Below are positions 39,063 through 48,039 of a stretch of 64,000 bases of DNA, in pieces (position 1 is the stretch's first letter; each line of letters begins with the position of its first letter). Position numbers and translations under genes: made by a program. The stretch comes from a candidate division LCP-89 bacterium (lineage in GTDB: Bacteria > Electryoneota > B3-LCP), in the NCBI GenBank assembly GCA_025774555.1, contig JALGVT010000003.1:72654-136653 (forward strand). The letters are read 5' to 3'. The notes below the pieces were generated by a model. That model made no database searches and had not been told where the DNA came from. It saw only the letters and a program-made list of their open reading frames with translations.

Positions 39063-40438
39063 TGAAAAGATCAACAGGCTATATATCCCTCTTATTCTTT
39101 TTCCTTCTTCTGCTGACGGGATGTGCTTCACACCGTCCCGAAATCGAGATAGAGGAAGCTGATCATGAACCCTCGCCGCAGGCGCTGGAGCATTTCATTC
39201 GCGGAGTTGTACTTGATCAGCAGGGGGAACTAATCCGTGCCATTGCAGAATACAGACGCGCTCTGCTGTATGATTCGACTTCAGCCAGTATCCATCTGGC
39301 GATGGCTGAAGATTATTACGCCTTAAAGCTGCTAGACGATGCGTTGAATCAACTGTACGTCGCTCAGAATCTTGAACCAAAAAACGAAGAGGTACTGAAA
39401 TTTTTGGGCGACATTTACATCAGAAGCAACCAGCTGGATTCAACCGCTGTCTATCTCGAAAAACTGGTGGAGCACTGTCCTGATAATTTCGATTACAGAC
39501 ATGATCTTGCCAGCATTTATCTGCGATTGAACCGGACCGATGATGCGGTTTCACAGTACAAATTGATTCTCGAACAGCACCCCGAAGACGCTGAAGCGTT
39601 GGGTCAATTGAATGCCCTTTATATTTCCAGCGGCAGTTATGAGGAAGCGCTGGGCACAGCGTTGAAGCTTTATAAAATCGACGATCAAGATGATCGCGTC
39701 TGTTTTACAATTGCCTCGCTATACGCAGAACTGGATCAAACAGCAGAAGCGGACAGTTTCTTTGCTTTAGCTGCCGAACTAAACCCGAACGATCCCAGAT
39801 ACTATACGAATTGGGCGTTTCTCCACCTGCGAAATGATGCGCCTGATAGAGCTGCTGAAATATTGGTAGATGGTACTTATCAGCACCCCACATCGGCTGA
39901 TATATGGGGGTTGTTGGGGTCGGCATATCAGCAGGCACAGCAGGATTCACTGGCTCTGGAAGCATTGGACGTATCGCTCGAACTTGACGCAGGCAACGTC
40001 GGATCCTACATAACGCTCGGCTTTATTTACGACAGCCGCGGTGAGATCGAAAAAGCGATAGAGGTTTATGAACAGGCGCTGACCATAGCTCCAGAAAACG
40101 CGCTTATATTGAATAACTACGCCTATCTGTTATCACAGAAGGGTGAACGACTGGATGAAGCGTTAAGTATGGCTCAGAAAGCCGTACAGCTAAGTCCGGA
40201 TAATCCATCTTACCTCGATACCATCGGGTGGGTCTATTTCATAATGGGACAGCCGGAAGAAGGGCGGGAGTACATTGAAAGAGCCCTAGAATTAGATCCG
40301 GAGAATGCAACGATACTGGAACACCTGGGAGATTTGTATAGCAAGTTGGGTGAACACAGTAGAGCCAGGGATTTCTGGCTCAAGGCTTTAGAATACGATC
40401 CTGACAATGTTCCAATACGCGAGAAGCTGGCGCAATGA
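39062..40438 (+). CDS. TPR-repeat lipoprotein
   Basis: Lipobox LLTGCASH; many TPR repeats. Confidence 0.7.
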   Translation: MKRSTGYISLLFFFLLLLTGCASHRPEIEIEEADHEPSPQALEHFIRGVVLDQQGELIRAIAEYRRALLYDSTSASIHLAMAEDYYALKLLDDALNQLYVAQNLEPKNEEVLKFLGDIYIRSNQLDSTAVYLEKLVEHCPDNFDYRHDLASIYLRLNRTDDAVSQYKLILEQHPEDAEALGQLNALYISSGSYEEALGTALKLYKIDDQDDRVCFTIASLYAELDQTAEADSFFALAAELNPNDPRYYTNWAFLHLRNDAPDRAAEILVDGTYQHPTSADIWGLLGSAYQQAQQDSLALEALDVSLELDAGNVGSYITLGFIYDSRGEIEKAIEVYEQALTIAPENALILNNYAYLLSQKGERLDEALSMAQKAVQLSPDNPSYLDTIGWVYFIMGQPEEGREYIERALELDPENATILEHLGDLYSKLGEHSRARDFWLKALEYDPDNVPIREKLAQ

Positions 40439-41205
40439 GGCACGCAATTCTGCCCAAACGCGCATTTTTATTAGTGCTCGCTATTATGATAGCGGGCTGT
40501 GCGCGGCATTATCAAGATATTCAAACCCTCCCCGTTCCCAATCTGCAGGTATTAAAAGAGCGTATAGAAGCTAATAAAGATGCCCTGAGTGATTTCAAAG
40601 GATTTGGCGTTATCGTGGTGCGGGGTCCGGAAATGCGGCAAGCGTTCGGAATAAAAACGCAGTATCTGGCTCCCTCTTCTTTTAAAATCGAGTTTAATGG
40701 ATCGATGGGCGTGAGTATGGGAACGCTGATTCTCAATGAACGTCAATATCTGTTGACGGGCGGTGGTTCAGGCGAGTCCTTCTGCGGAAGTATCGAAGAT
40801 TTCAATCTGGCAGATGAATTTGGCATTCCCATTAAAGGCGAGGATCTGCTGGAGCTATTTGATCCTCTCAGGTCCATTGCTGAAGTGCCGGACACGACTG
40901 CCCTGAAGACAGATTTTCAAACACAACAATATTCGTTTATAACGTATAGCGATAGCCTCACTACAACATTATGGATTGCGCCCTATACGCCGCTCATTAC
41001 CCGCGAACTCCACGCTAAAGCGTCAGGGGATACAGTCTGGTTCAGAAATATTGAGAAGGTAAAAAAGCGTAGCGGAGTGTTTTTCCCCGCGGCATGGAAT
41101 GGTCAGATTGGGAGTGGGGAAGAGGCGGTTACTTTCGATTTGGAATTCAGCAGTTTATGGCTTAATAAAGGCATTTCAGCTTCTCTTTTCGATATCGATA
41201 ATTGA
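40435..41205 (+). CDS. Hypothetical lipoprotein (possibly a LolA/LolB-like fold)
   Basis: Lipobox IAGCARH; its start overlaps the upstream stop; no catalytic motifs. Confidence 0.5.
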   Translation: MRHAILPKRAFLLVLAIMIAGCARHYQDIQTLPVPNLQVLKERIEANKDALSDFKGFGVIVVRGPEMRQAFGIKTQYLAPSSFKIEFNGSMGVSMGTLILNERQYLLTGGGSGESFCGSIEDFNLADEFGIPIKGEDLLELFDPLRSIAEVPDTTALKTDFQTQQYSFITYSDSLTTTLWIAPYTPLITRELHAKASGDTVWFRNIEKVKKRSGVFFPAAWNGQIGSGEEAVTFDLEFSSLWLNKGISASLFDIDN

Positions 41206-41232
41206 GTGCGCTTTTATTTAAGGAGCGGTCAC

Positions 41233-42183
41233 TTGGCAGACGAAATTCTAATCACAGCAGTTATTCCGTTACTGAACGAAGAAGAATCGCTTCGTGAATT
41301 ATATAAACGGTTAGCGGATAACTTGACGCCTCTGGGCAATTGGGAGATCATCTTTATAGATGATGGCAGCGTCGACCGGTCACTGGACGTTCTGAAAAGC
41401 CTCAACGCTGAGGATCAGCGGATTAAGATCATCTCTTTCCGAAAAAATTATGGCAAATCAGCCGCATTAAACGCTGGCTTCCGAGTGGCAAGAGGACAAT
41501 TTGTCGTAACATTGGATGCAGACCTGCAGGATGATCCGGCTGAAATTCCCAATCTTATTCGTAAATTAGAAGAGGGATACGACCTCGTTTCCGGCTGGAA
41601 GAAAGTGCGGCACGATCCCATCGGTAAAACCTTTCCATCAAAGATTTGGAATCGCATTACCGCAATTATATCCGGCTTGCGAATACATGATTTTAACTGC
41701 GGATTGAAAGCCTATCGCAACGAAGTGATCAAACGGTTGCCAGTTTATGGTGAAATGCACCGGTTTCTACCAGCGCTCGCACACTGGGACGGGTTTAGAG
41801 TCACTGAACTGCCGGTAACGCATCATCCGAGAAAATTCGGGCGGAGCAAATTCGGTGCATCACGCTTTCTGAAGGGATCGCTCGATTTATTAAGTGTGAT
41901 GTTTCTGGCAAGATTTGCCAAAAAACCGATGCACCTTTTCGGCTTGGCAGGAATTATCTTTACATTGATGGGATTTATAATTCTCGCTTACCTGACCTGG
42001 GGATGGCTGCACGGTATCTGGATTGGTAACCGTCCCATTTTCTTCCTCGGTATTCTGTTGCTCATCTTCGGCGCTCAGTCATTTTCCCTGGGATTTCTCG
42101 GTGAACTGATGACTCGTTTCCTGTCAGATAAAAAAGAATACTCCTTTAAACTACTTGAGGGAATCGATCAGGAGGCATTTTGA
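41233..42183 (+). CDS. Family 2 glycosyltransferase (polyprenol-phosphate sugar transferase-like) with C-terminal transmembrane helices; probable TTG start (the longest ORF would start at GTG 41206)
   Basis: AAGGAG at 41220-41225, then TTG 41233 giving (M)ADEILITAVIPLLNEEESL. DxD-type motifs IFIDDGSVDRS and VTLDADLQDDP; two C-terminal transmembrane helices. Confidence 0.8.
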   Translation: MADEILITAVIPLLNEEESLRELYKRLADNLTPLGNWEIIFIDDGSVDRSLDVLKSLNAEDQRIKIISFRKNYGKSAALNAGFRVARGQFVVTLDADLQDDPAEIPNLIRKLEEGYDLVSGWKKVRHDPIGKTFPSKIWNRITAIISGLRIHDFNCGLKAYRNEVIKRLPVYGEMHRFLPALAHWDGFRVTELPVTHHPRKFGRSKFGASRFLKGSLDLLSVMFLARFAKKPMHLFGLAGIIFTLMGFIILAYLTWGWLHGIWIGNRPIFFLGILLLIFGAQSFSLGFLGELMTRFLSDKKEYSFKLLEGIDQEAF

Positions 42184-43313
42184 CCTTCTGCATCGTTGGA
42201 CCATTTTACCCGCTGCGAGGTGGGATTGCTCAATACATAGGCGTCTTAGGACAGAAATTGATAGACAGAGGGCATCGGGTTAAGGTGCTCTCTTTTCGTA
42301 AGCAATTCCCTAAGTTCTTATTCCCCGGTCAAACACAGATTGAATCAAGCAGAGAACATATAGCTCTGGATTCCCTGCAAATATTCACTCCCTGGAATCC
42401 ACTGACCTGGTTACGCACTTTTCTTCAAGTTAAGCGCGACAAGCCTGATGCAGTGATATTCAAATTCTGGATGCCTTTCTTCGCGCCGGGTTTTGCCGCA
42501 GTTTGCGCATTGATAAAATGGTGTACCAAGGTTCGTACGATCTTTATTCTGGATAATGTAATTCCACATGAGAAGCGTTTTAGCGATAAGTTTTTAACCC
42601 GCCTGGTTTTTAGATGGGTAGATTGCTTTATTGTCCAGTCAGAGGTGGTGAAGAACGATCTCTTCAAATGGTTTCCTGAAGCTGAAGGGCGGGAAGTACA
42701 GTTTGTTCCACATCCTGTTTACGACTGCTATTCGGGCGATGAAATAAGTCTTGAAGAATCACGACAAAAGCTGCAGATTGATATTGATACAAGGCTGCTG
42801 CTGTTTTTCGGATTGGTGCGGGAGTATAAAGGTCTGGATGTACTTCTGAATGCGATACCGCATATAGTAGATAAGTTAGGTCAGAAGGTTCATCTGGTAA
42901 TTGCCGGCGAATTCTACGAACCGGAAACGAAATACCAGCAGATCATTGAAAGGCTAAATATAGGGCAGTTTGTGACTATCCATAATCGATATATTGCAAA
43001 TGAAGACGTCAGTCTTTACTTTCAATCAGCCGACGTTCTCGTTTTACCTTACCGTTCCGCTACACAATCGGGTGTTATCCAGGTCGCCAGTAACTTCAAG
43101 CTGCCGGTGATATCAACGGAAGTAGGTGGATTACCGGAAGTTATTGATCATGGCAGAAACGGGTTTCTGGTGCCGCCTGAAGACCCGGAGGCTCTTGCTG
43201 AGGCAATTGTTGAGTTTTTCAAAGGTGATCTAAGTGAGAAAATCAGAAGGAATCTCGATGCCGAAGGAGAGGATGAATCCTGGGAAAAGATGATGTTGGT
43301 AATGGAAAGTTGA
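42180..43313 (+). CDS. Family 4 (GT-B, group 1) glycosyltransferase (TTG start)
   Basis: C-terminal GT1 motif FGLVREYKGLDVLL...PYRSATQSGVIQVASNFKLPVISTEVGGLPEVIDHGRNGFLV (EX7E-like). Confidence 0.8.
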   Translation: MTFCIVGPFYPLRGGIAQYIGVLGQKLIDRGHRVKVLSFRKQFPKFLFPGQTQIESSREHIALDSLQIFTPWNPLTWLRTFLQVKRDKPDAVIFKFWMPFFAPGFAAVCALIKWCTKVRTIFILDNVIPHEKRFSDKFLTRLVFRWVDCFIVQSEVVKNDLFKWFPEAEGREVQFVPHPVYDCYSGDEISLEESRQKLQIDIDTRLLLFFGLVREYKGLDVLLNAIPHIVDKLGQKVHLVIAGEFYEPETKYQQIIERLNIGQFVTIHNRYIANEDVSLYFQSADVLVLPYRSATQSGVIQVASNFKLPVISTEVGGLPEVIDHGRNGFLVPPEDPEALAEAIVEFFKGDLSEKIRRNLDAEGEDESWEKMMLVMES

Positions 43314-43389
43314 TAATAACTTCTGGAAATGACATTCATTTGAAAAACAGCTTGCAAAGCAGTCGATAATTATATATATTATTTTTCTT

Positions 43390-43465
<76 letters not shown>

Positions 43466-43494
43466 AGGTATATTATTGGAAATACAAAGAATTA

Positions 43495-43530
43495 CCCCGG
43501 ACTTTTCGCAGAAGTTCGGGGTTTTCGCGT
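43495..43530 (+). terminator. Rho-independent terminator after tRNA-Pro
   Basis: CCCCGGACTT / AAGTTCGGGG stem (one G-U pair), loop TTCGCAG, then TTTTCGCGTTT. Confidence 0.55.
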
Positions 43531-43630
43531 TTAATATTTAGCGTATTTTCTGGATTTATCTAATTGTGATTAAGTTACATAACACACGACCGCAGGTCAT
43601 GTGATATCATTATAGAAATTTCATCTGGTT

Positions 43631-45652
43631 TTATTTTACCAGTATCATTTTCTGAACGAAAGAAAAATCCTCCGCTTGGATGCAGTAGAGATAGATACCA
43701 GAAGCTAGATAAGTTGCGTCAAATGTTACCCCGTGCAATCCAGCATCACGCCAGCCGCTGACTAATTCTGCGACCATTCTTCCCGACACATCATATACTG
43801 ACAGATTTACATGACTGTTTTCCGCCAACAGATAGCTGATGGTGGTGGTTGGATTAAACGGATTGGGATAGGCATGCATTAGCATGTTTTTATCTGGTAC
43901 ACTATCACTAAAAATCTTGTCTGCCGCCTCGCTGTCACTCATTCCGGTTCTCTCAGTGACTTCGTAGGTTATCAAGTTGTTTTCGAACAGGAATTGTGAT
44001 TGATGCCACCCAATCACCCGCTTCGGTGAATTGCTGGATACATCACTAGTCAGAACCAACCAGATTTTCGCACCATAACCCCAGCTATAGTATCCCAAAC
44101 CATCGAAGGGAAGATCACCCGTTTCAAGGGAATTCTCAATGTGCAGTGTGCCATCAGTTTCCGGCGTACCAGAGCCCAAAACGAGCAGGTTCCAACCGGG
44201 CCAGGGATCAGGATAGTAGATCAAGCTGTAGTTTTTTGCAGGATTCAAACCTATTCCATCGAAGATATAGCTGAATTCTGGACCAGTCGAATTGAATATC
44301 ATTTCACCTGCAATCTCACTTGTCTGGATTGGCTGCCATGTAGATGGGTGCTTCTTATAAAGCATTAATGATTCACCCACAATAGTGAACTCGACATTTT
44401 TATTCACCATTGCGCCCGCCCAATAACCTCCCAATCCAGATGAATGGAAGCTCTCTTCGGTTAAAAGCAGTTGAACGTTATATTGTCCAAGCGGTAATAA
44501 TGTATTACCGGGCGTTGGTCTGTCGTTTTGCCATTCAGCGTAGATACCTTCGGTATATGGGCCTCCTGTCATGTCATAGGCAATGCTGGACGAGCTGGTG
44601 CTGAAGGTATGCCATTTCGTATCAGAGTCATTTGATCCAGGGGAACGTTGACTCTCCTTCCATAGCACGTGATAGCTGCTGTTCAGGTTAAATTCGAGGT
44701 CTGCGTTACCATTATCATCGGTAGTGAAGAAATCGAACAGCAGGTACCCTTCGAAGATGTAGGTTGGATCACTAAGACGAGGAGTGATGTAGGCATCAAC
44801 TCGGTTTCCTGATCCTGGAGCTTGTTCAAACCATCTTCCAGCATAACCAATGCTCTGGTTTGACCAGTCATCACCCCCGGTAACCCATTGCGGATCATTT
44901 TCCGGTTTTCCAACCAATTTCACTTGATAGGAGAAATTTGGCTTTAACCCGACTGCTGACATAGAACCGCAGAACGTAGTGCCGACATCGTGGTATGTAA
45001 CCGTTACATTAGGATGATATTTCTTCTCATAGGTCACTAATTCAACTTCCAGAAGAAACTGCGATACATTCCATCCTGTCATACAACAGGCAGTTTGATT
45101 GACATAGTTGGAAGGCACCAACCAGATTTTTGCACCCGGATTCGGATCACCTGCTGCCGGAAGATCACCGGTATCTACACTACCTTCGAGATGCAGATCC
45201 CCTATGGTGGTGGGAGTTCCTGATCCCAGAACGATGAGGCCATTTCCTGGCCAGGGATCAGGATAGTAGATCAACAGGTATTCAACTATGTTAAGCCCCG
45301 AAGCATCAAATTCATATTCAAACGTCGGTCCTGTTGGGCTGTAGATGAGAGTTCCCGATGCAGCGCCTGGCACCGGCTGCCAGGTGGATGGATCTTTTAT
45401 ACTCAATTGTATAGACCGCTCTGGCTCGATATAATAATCGAACCGATCCTGATAATCACTGGCATAGAGATTATTGGCAACGTCCATCATCCTATAGGTA
45501 GTTGTGGACCATGTGGTAACATTGCCTGCTGCTTCCAGTGATTGTGTTACTTCACCTGTAAAGCTGACATTTACAATTACCATACATGTAATTAGACAGA
45601 CTAATAATAGATATGCTTGTCGCATATTAACCTCCCTTTGTAAAGTTAGCAA
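43631..45652 (-). CDS. Secreted protein with T9SS C-terminal sorting domain; internal tandem duplication
   Basis: Signal peptide; C-terminal ...YPNPFNPTTTISYLL...LSVYDVSGRMVAELV...GIYLYCIQAEDFSFVQKMILVK is a T9SS C-terminal domain. Repeated module ...LIYYPDPWPG(N/W)xL(I/L)VLGSGTP...GDLP occurs twice. Confidence 0.8.
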   Translation of the reverse strand: MLTLQREVNMRQAYLLLVCLITCMVIVNVSFTGEVTQSLEAAGNVTTWSTTTYRMMDVANNLYASDYQDRFDYYIEPERSIQLSIKDPSTWQPVPGAASGTLIYSPTGPTFEYEFDASGLNIVEYLLIYYPDPWPGNGLIVLGSGTPTTIGDLHLEGSVDTGDLPAAGDPNPGAKIWLVPSNYVNQTACCMTGWNVSQFLLEVELVTYEKKYHPNVTVTYHDVGTTFCGSMSAVGLKPNFSYQVKLVGKPENDPQWVTGGDDWSNQSIGYAGRWFEQAPGSGNRVDAYITPRLSDPTYIFEGYLLFDFFTTDDNGNADLEFNLNSSYHVLWKESQRSPGSNDSDTKWHTFSTSSSSIAYDMTGGPYTEGIYAEWQNDRPTPGNTLLPLGQYNVQLLLTEESFHSSGLGGYWAGAMVNKNVEFTIVGESLMLYKKHPSTWQPIQTSEIAGEMIFNSTGPEFSYIFDGIGLNPAKNYSLIYYPDPWPGWNLLVLGSGTPETDGTLHIENSLETGDLPFDGLGYYSWGYGAKIWLVLTSDVSSNSPKRVIGWHQSQFLFENNLITYEVTERTGMSDSEAADKIFSDSVPDKNMLMHAYPNPFNPTTTISYLLAENSHVNLSVYDVSGRMVAELVSGWRDAGLHGVTFDATYLASGIYLYCIQAEDFSFVQKMILVK

Positions 45653-45760
45653 TTAACCATGAGGTGGTGAGTTAAACAATTGGATACGCCGTATTCTCCT
45701 GTGAATGATCTCATTAAACTGGTTATATCATTGCTGATGTATTTATGACTACTAAATGGT

Positions 45761-45805
45761 AAAAACATCAATCGTGGCCTCTGGGTGACCACGATTGATG
45801 TTTTT
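45761..45805. terminator. Bidirectional rho-independent terminator (17-bp perfect stem)
   Basis: AAAAACATCAATCGTGG ... CCACGATTGATGTTTTT with an 11-nt loop; T-runs on both strands; sits right after the minus-strand gene that ends at 45847. Confidence 0.7.
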
Positions 45806-45846
45806 GGCTGGTATCTGGTCGATAGCCTTAGATTTTACTCGTATTG

Positions 45847-47967
45847 CTACTTCATAAGCACAATCTTTCGAGTGATTGAATTGCCTTCAGCTTTCAAGCA
45901 AATGACATAGATACCTGATGCTAGCCACGATCCATTAAATGTTAATTCGTATGTTCCTGCATCTCGCCAGCCGTTGACCAGCACTGCGACCTGCCGTCCG
46001 AATGTGTTGTATACTGTCAGGCTTGTAAAGCTGTAAGTTGCAAGTTGGTAACTGATAGTCGTCAACGGGTTGAAAGGATTAGGATGTATTCCTGTTAATC
46101 TGAATTCCCCTGGTGCATCAGGCTGATTTGGCATAATCCCTGAGTTTTGATTCGATACGGTAATTATGAATTCGACTGGCTCTTCATAATCGATCGAGAT
46201 CAATTGGGTTGCCAGTAAATCGTAATCTATCCCCTGAATAATTGCAAATGCTTCATACTCGTCAGGCAGATTTTCGAGGATATCGGGAAATTCGATACAA
46301 ACCTCACCTGGTTGGGATGCTTCCAGCATCCCTTGCCACAGTTCAACCGATTCCGGTTCCACCGGGGAGCGATAATCGTTGCAGAATGAATCGCCAACAG
46401 GCGCTGACCATTCCGGATGTTCGAATGTGATTCGTACATAATCACCCGATGGGGCTATAGGTGGTACCGGGAGATCATACAGAGAGTCGAATCCATTTGT
46501 AGCATCCGGTTTGACGCCCAGGCGGGTCAATCGGTTCTGAATAGCGCCCTGTTCGACGAGAATCCCGATTTGCCAATCATCTTCGTCACCCTGATCAACA
46601 ATGGAATATTCTTTTGATGTGCCATGGTCATAGGGTGGATTCGTGATCATATCCAGGTTTTCCACCAGAGCTTGCAACCAATATCCCTCCCATGGAGTTA
46701 ATGTAGTCGCAGTCATGTAACTTCCTGTTCCGTTATTGAAGCTGTAGAATGCCGCAGAAATCCAGCCTGTAGTGACAGCATTCACAAAAGTATGTGTTGT
46801 AATTCCGTCAGTGAACAGCAGATCATCACGAGAAACGGGTGCTGCCATGGCGCAACCCACCATGTTCCAATTCAGAGAGAGTGGAATAGTGACCGGATTT
46901 ACAGCCGTTAATCCTGTAACGTCAATCAGGGCGCTGTTTTCCAGCGCAAGCCAATAACCGTATCCGTGATCAACGTTTTGAACAAGCCCATAACCACCTG
47001 CCTGGGAGTAATCATAGACGAAATAGGCTCCTGTGACATCGTCACCGTAAATGTCTGCGATGGCGGTACTTGGCGGAATCAGGGGAATACTGGTTAAATG
47101 CCAGCCGACGTTGAAGCTACTCTCCATATACCCTGATGCGATTGTGAACGGACTGCTCATGATTGTTTCACCTGAGTTACCCGCCCAATCCTGTGCCTCT
47201 ATTTTAATGAGTGCTTCAGTGCTGATGGTCCCCGGAGTTGTCCACAAATAACTCGTCGTTTCACCAGTGATATTATCAATAAGTGTCCATGATGTACCAT
47301 TATTAAGCGAATAATACAGGTCTGCAGACCGGATTGGTGAAACGTCTGTGTATGACCAGGTGACGGTATATCCTGTATTTGTCAGTAAGGTGATTCCCGG
47401 AGTGGGATACGTTATACTGATGGACGGTGGAGTCCCATCCCCAAGCCGTAAATTGAAGGTGTGAACGGCGAGAGAGGCAGTATAATTATAGGTATTACTT
47501 TCTCTGATGTTTTGGTAGGTTCCGGTATCACTATCGTAGAGCACCACACCGTATGATCCCGGGTAGGAAGGTCCGATGGTAAAAGTTAGATCCACAGTCT
47601 CACTATTTTGATCGGTATCGACCTCAAAATCATAGATTTTCACCGCGTTGGTCAGGTCGTCGTTTCCGTTTCTTACATCCACCATGAAATTATCGCCGAA
47701 TATGCTGCTCCACTCCGGATGGGGAAAGTAGGTTGTTAAGTATTCAGAAACAGGTGGGGCGGGTTCAGGAACATCTATCCCTGAATCGTATCCATCCGTA
47801 GCTGTTGCATCAAGGGCTGCGTAGTTACCATCGTCAGTGAGGACAGTCTCGAATCCGGTATCGATCATGCTGGTTATTAGCACGCTGTTTTCGTATTGTG
47901 CGTGAGCAGAATACTGGAAAACACTCAGGACAATTCCTATACTGAAAAATCGGATAGCAAGTCTCAT
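45847..47967 (-). CDS. Secreted protein with T9SS C-terminal sorting domain; shares a roughly 300-aa module with the neighbouring GH5 enzyme
   Basis: Signal peptide; C-terminal HPNPFNPLTTISYQL...LTVYNTFGRQVAVLV...GIYVICLKAEGNSITRKIVLMK. An internal HPEWSAPVGD module and an SIPLIP...GDDVTGAYFVYDYSQ...GYWLALEN module are both also present in the 48040..51666 protein. Confidence 0.8.
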   Translation of the reverse strand: MRLAIRFFSIGIVLSVFQYSAHAQYENSVLITSMIDTGFETVLTDDGNYAALDATATDGYDSGIDVPEPAPPVSEYLTTYFPHPEWSSIFGDNFMVDVRNGNDDLTNAVKIYDFEVDTDQNSETVDLTFTIGPSYPGSYGVVLYDSDTGTYQNIRESNTYNYTASLAVHTFNLRLGDGTPPSISITYPTPGITLLTNTGYTVTWSYTDVSPIRSADLYYSLNNGTSWTLIDNITGETTSYLWTTPGTISTEALIKIEAQDWAGNSGETIMSSPFTIASGYMESSFNVGWHLTSIPLIPPSTAIADIYGDDVTGAYFVYDYSQAGGYGLVQNVDHGYGYWLALENSALIDVTGLTAVNPVTIPLSLNWNMVGCAMAAPVSRDDLLFTDGITTHTFVNAVTTGWISAAFYSFNNGTGSYMTATTLTPWEGYWLQALVENLDMITNPPYDHGTSKEYSIVDQGDEDDWQIGILVEQGAIQNRLTRLGVKPDATNGFDSLYDLPVPPIAPSGDYVRITFEHPEWSAPVGDSFCNDYRSPVEPESVELWQGMLEASQPGEVCIEFPDILENLPDEYEAFAIIQGIDYDLLATQLISIDYEEPVEFIITVSNQNSGIMPNQPDAPGEFRLTGIHPNPFNPLTTISYQLATYSFTSLTVYNTFGRQVAVLVNGWRDAGTYELTFNGSWLASGIYVICLKAEGNSITRKIVLMK

Positions 47968-48039
47968 TTCAGGTTCCTTTCAGTCGAATTTATCTTTTTG
48001 ATATTCACTTTATATAATTGGTTTACTTGAGAACATAAG

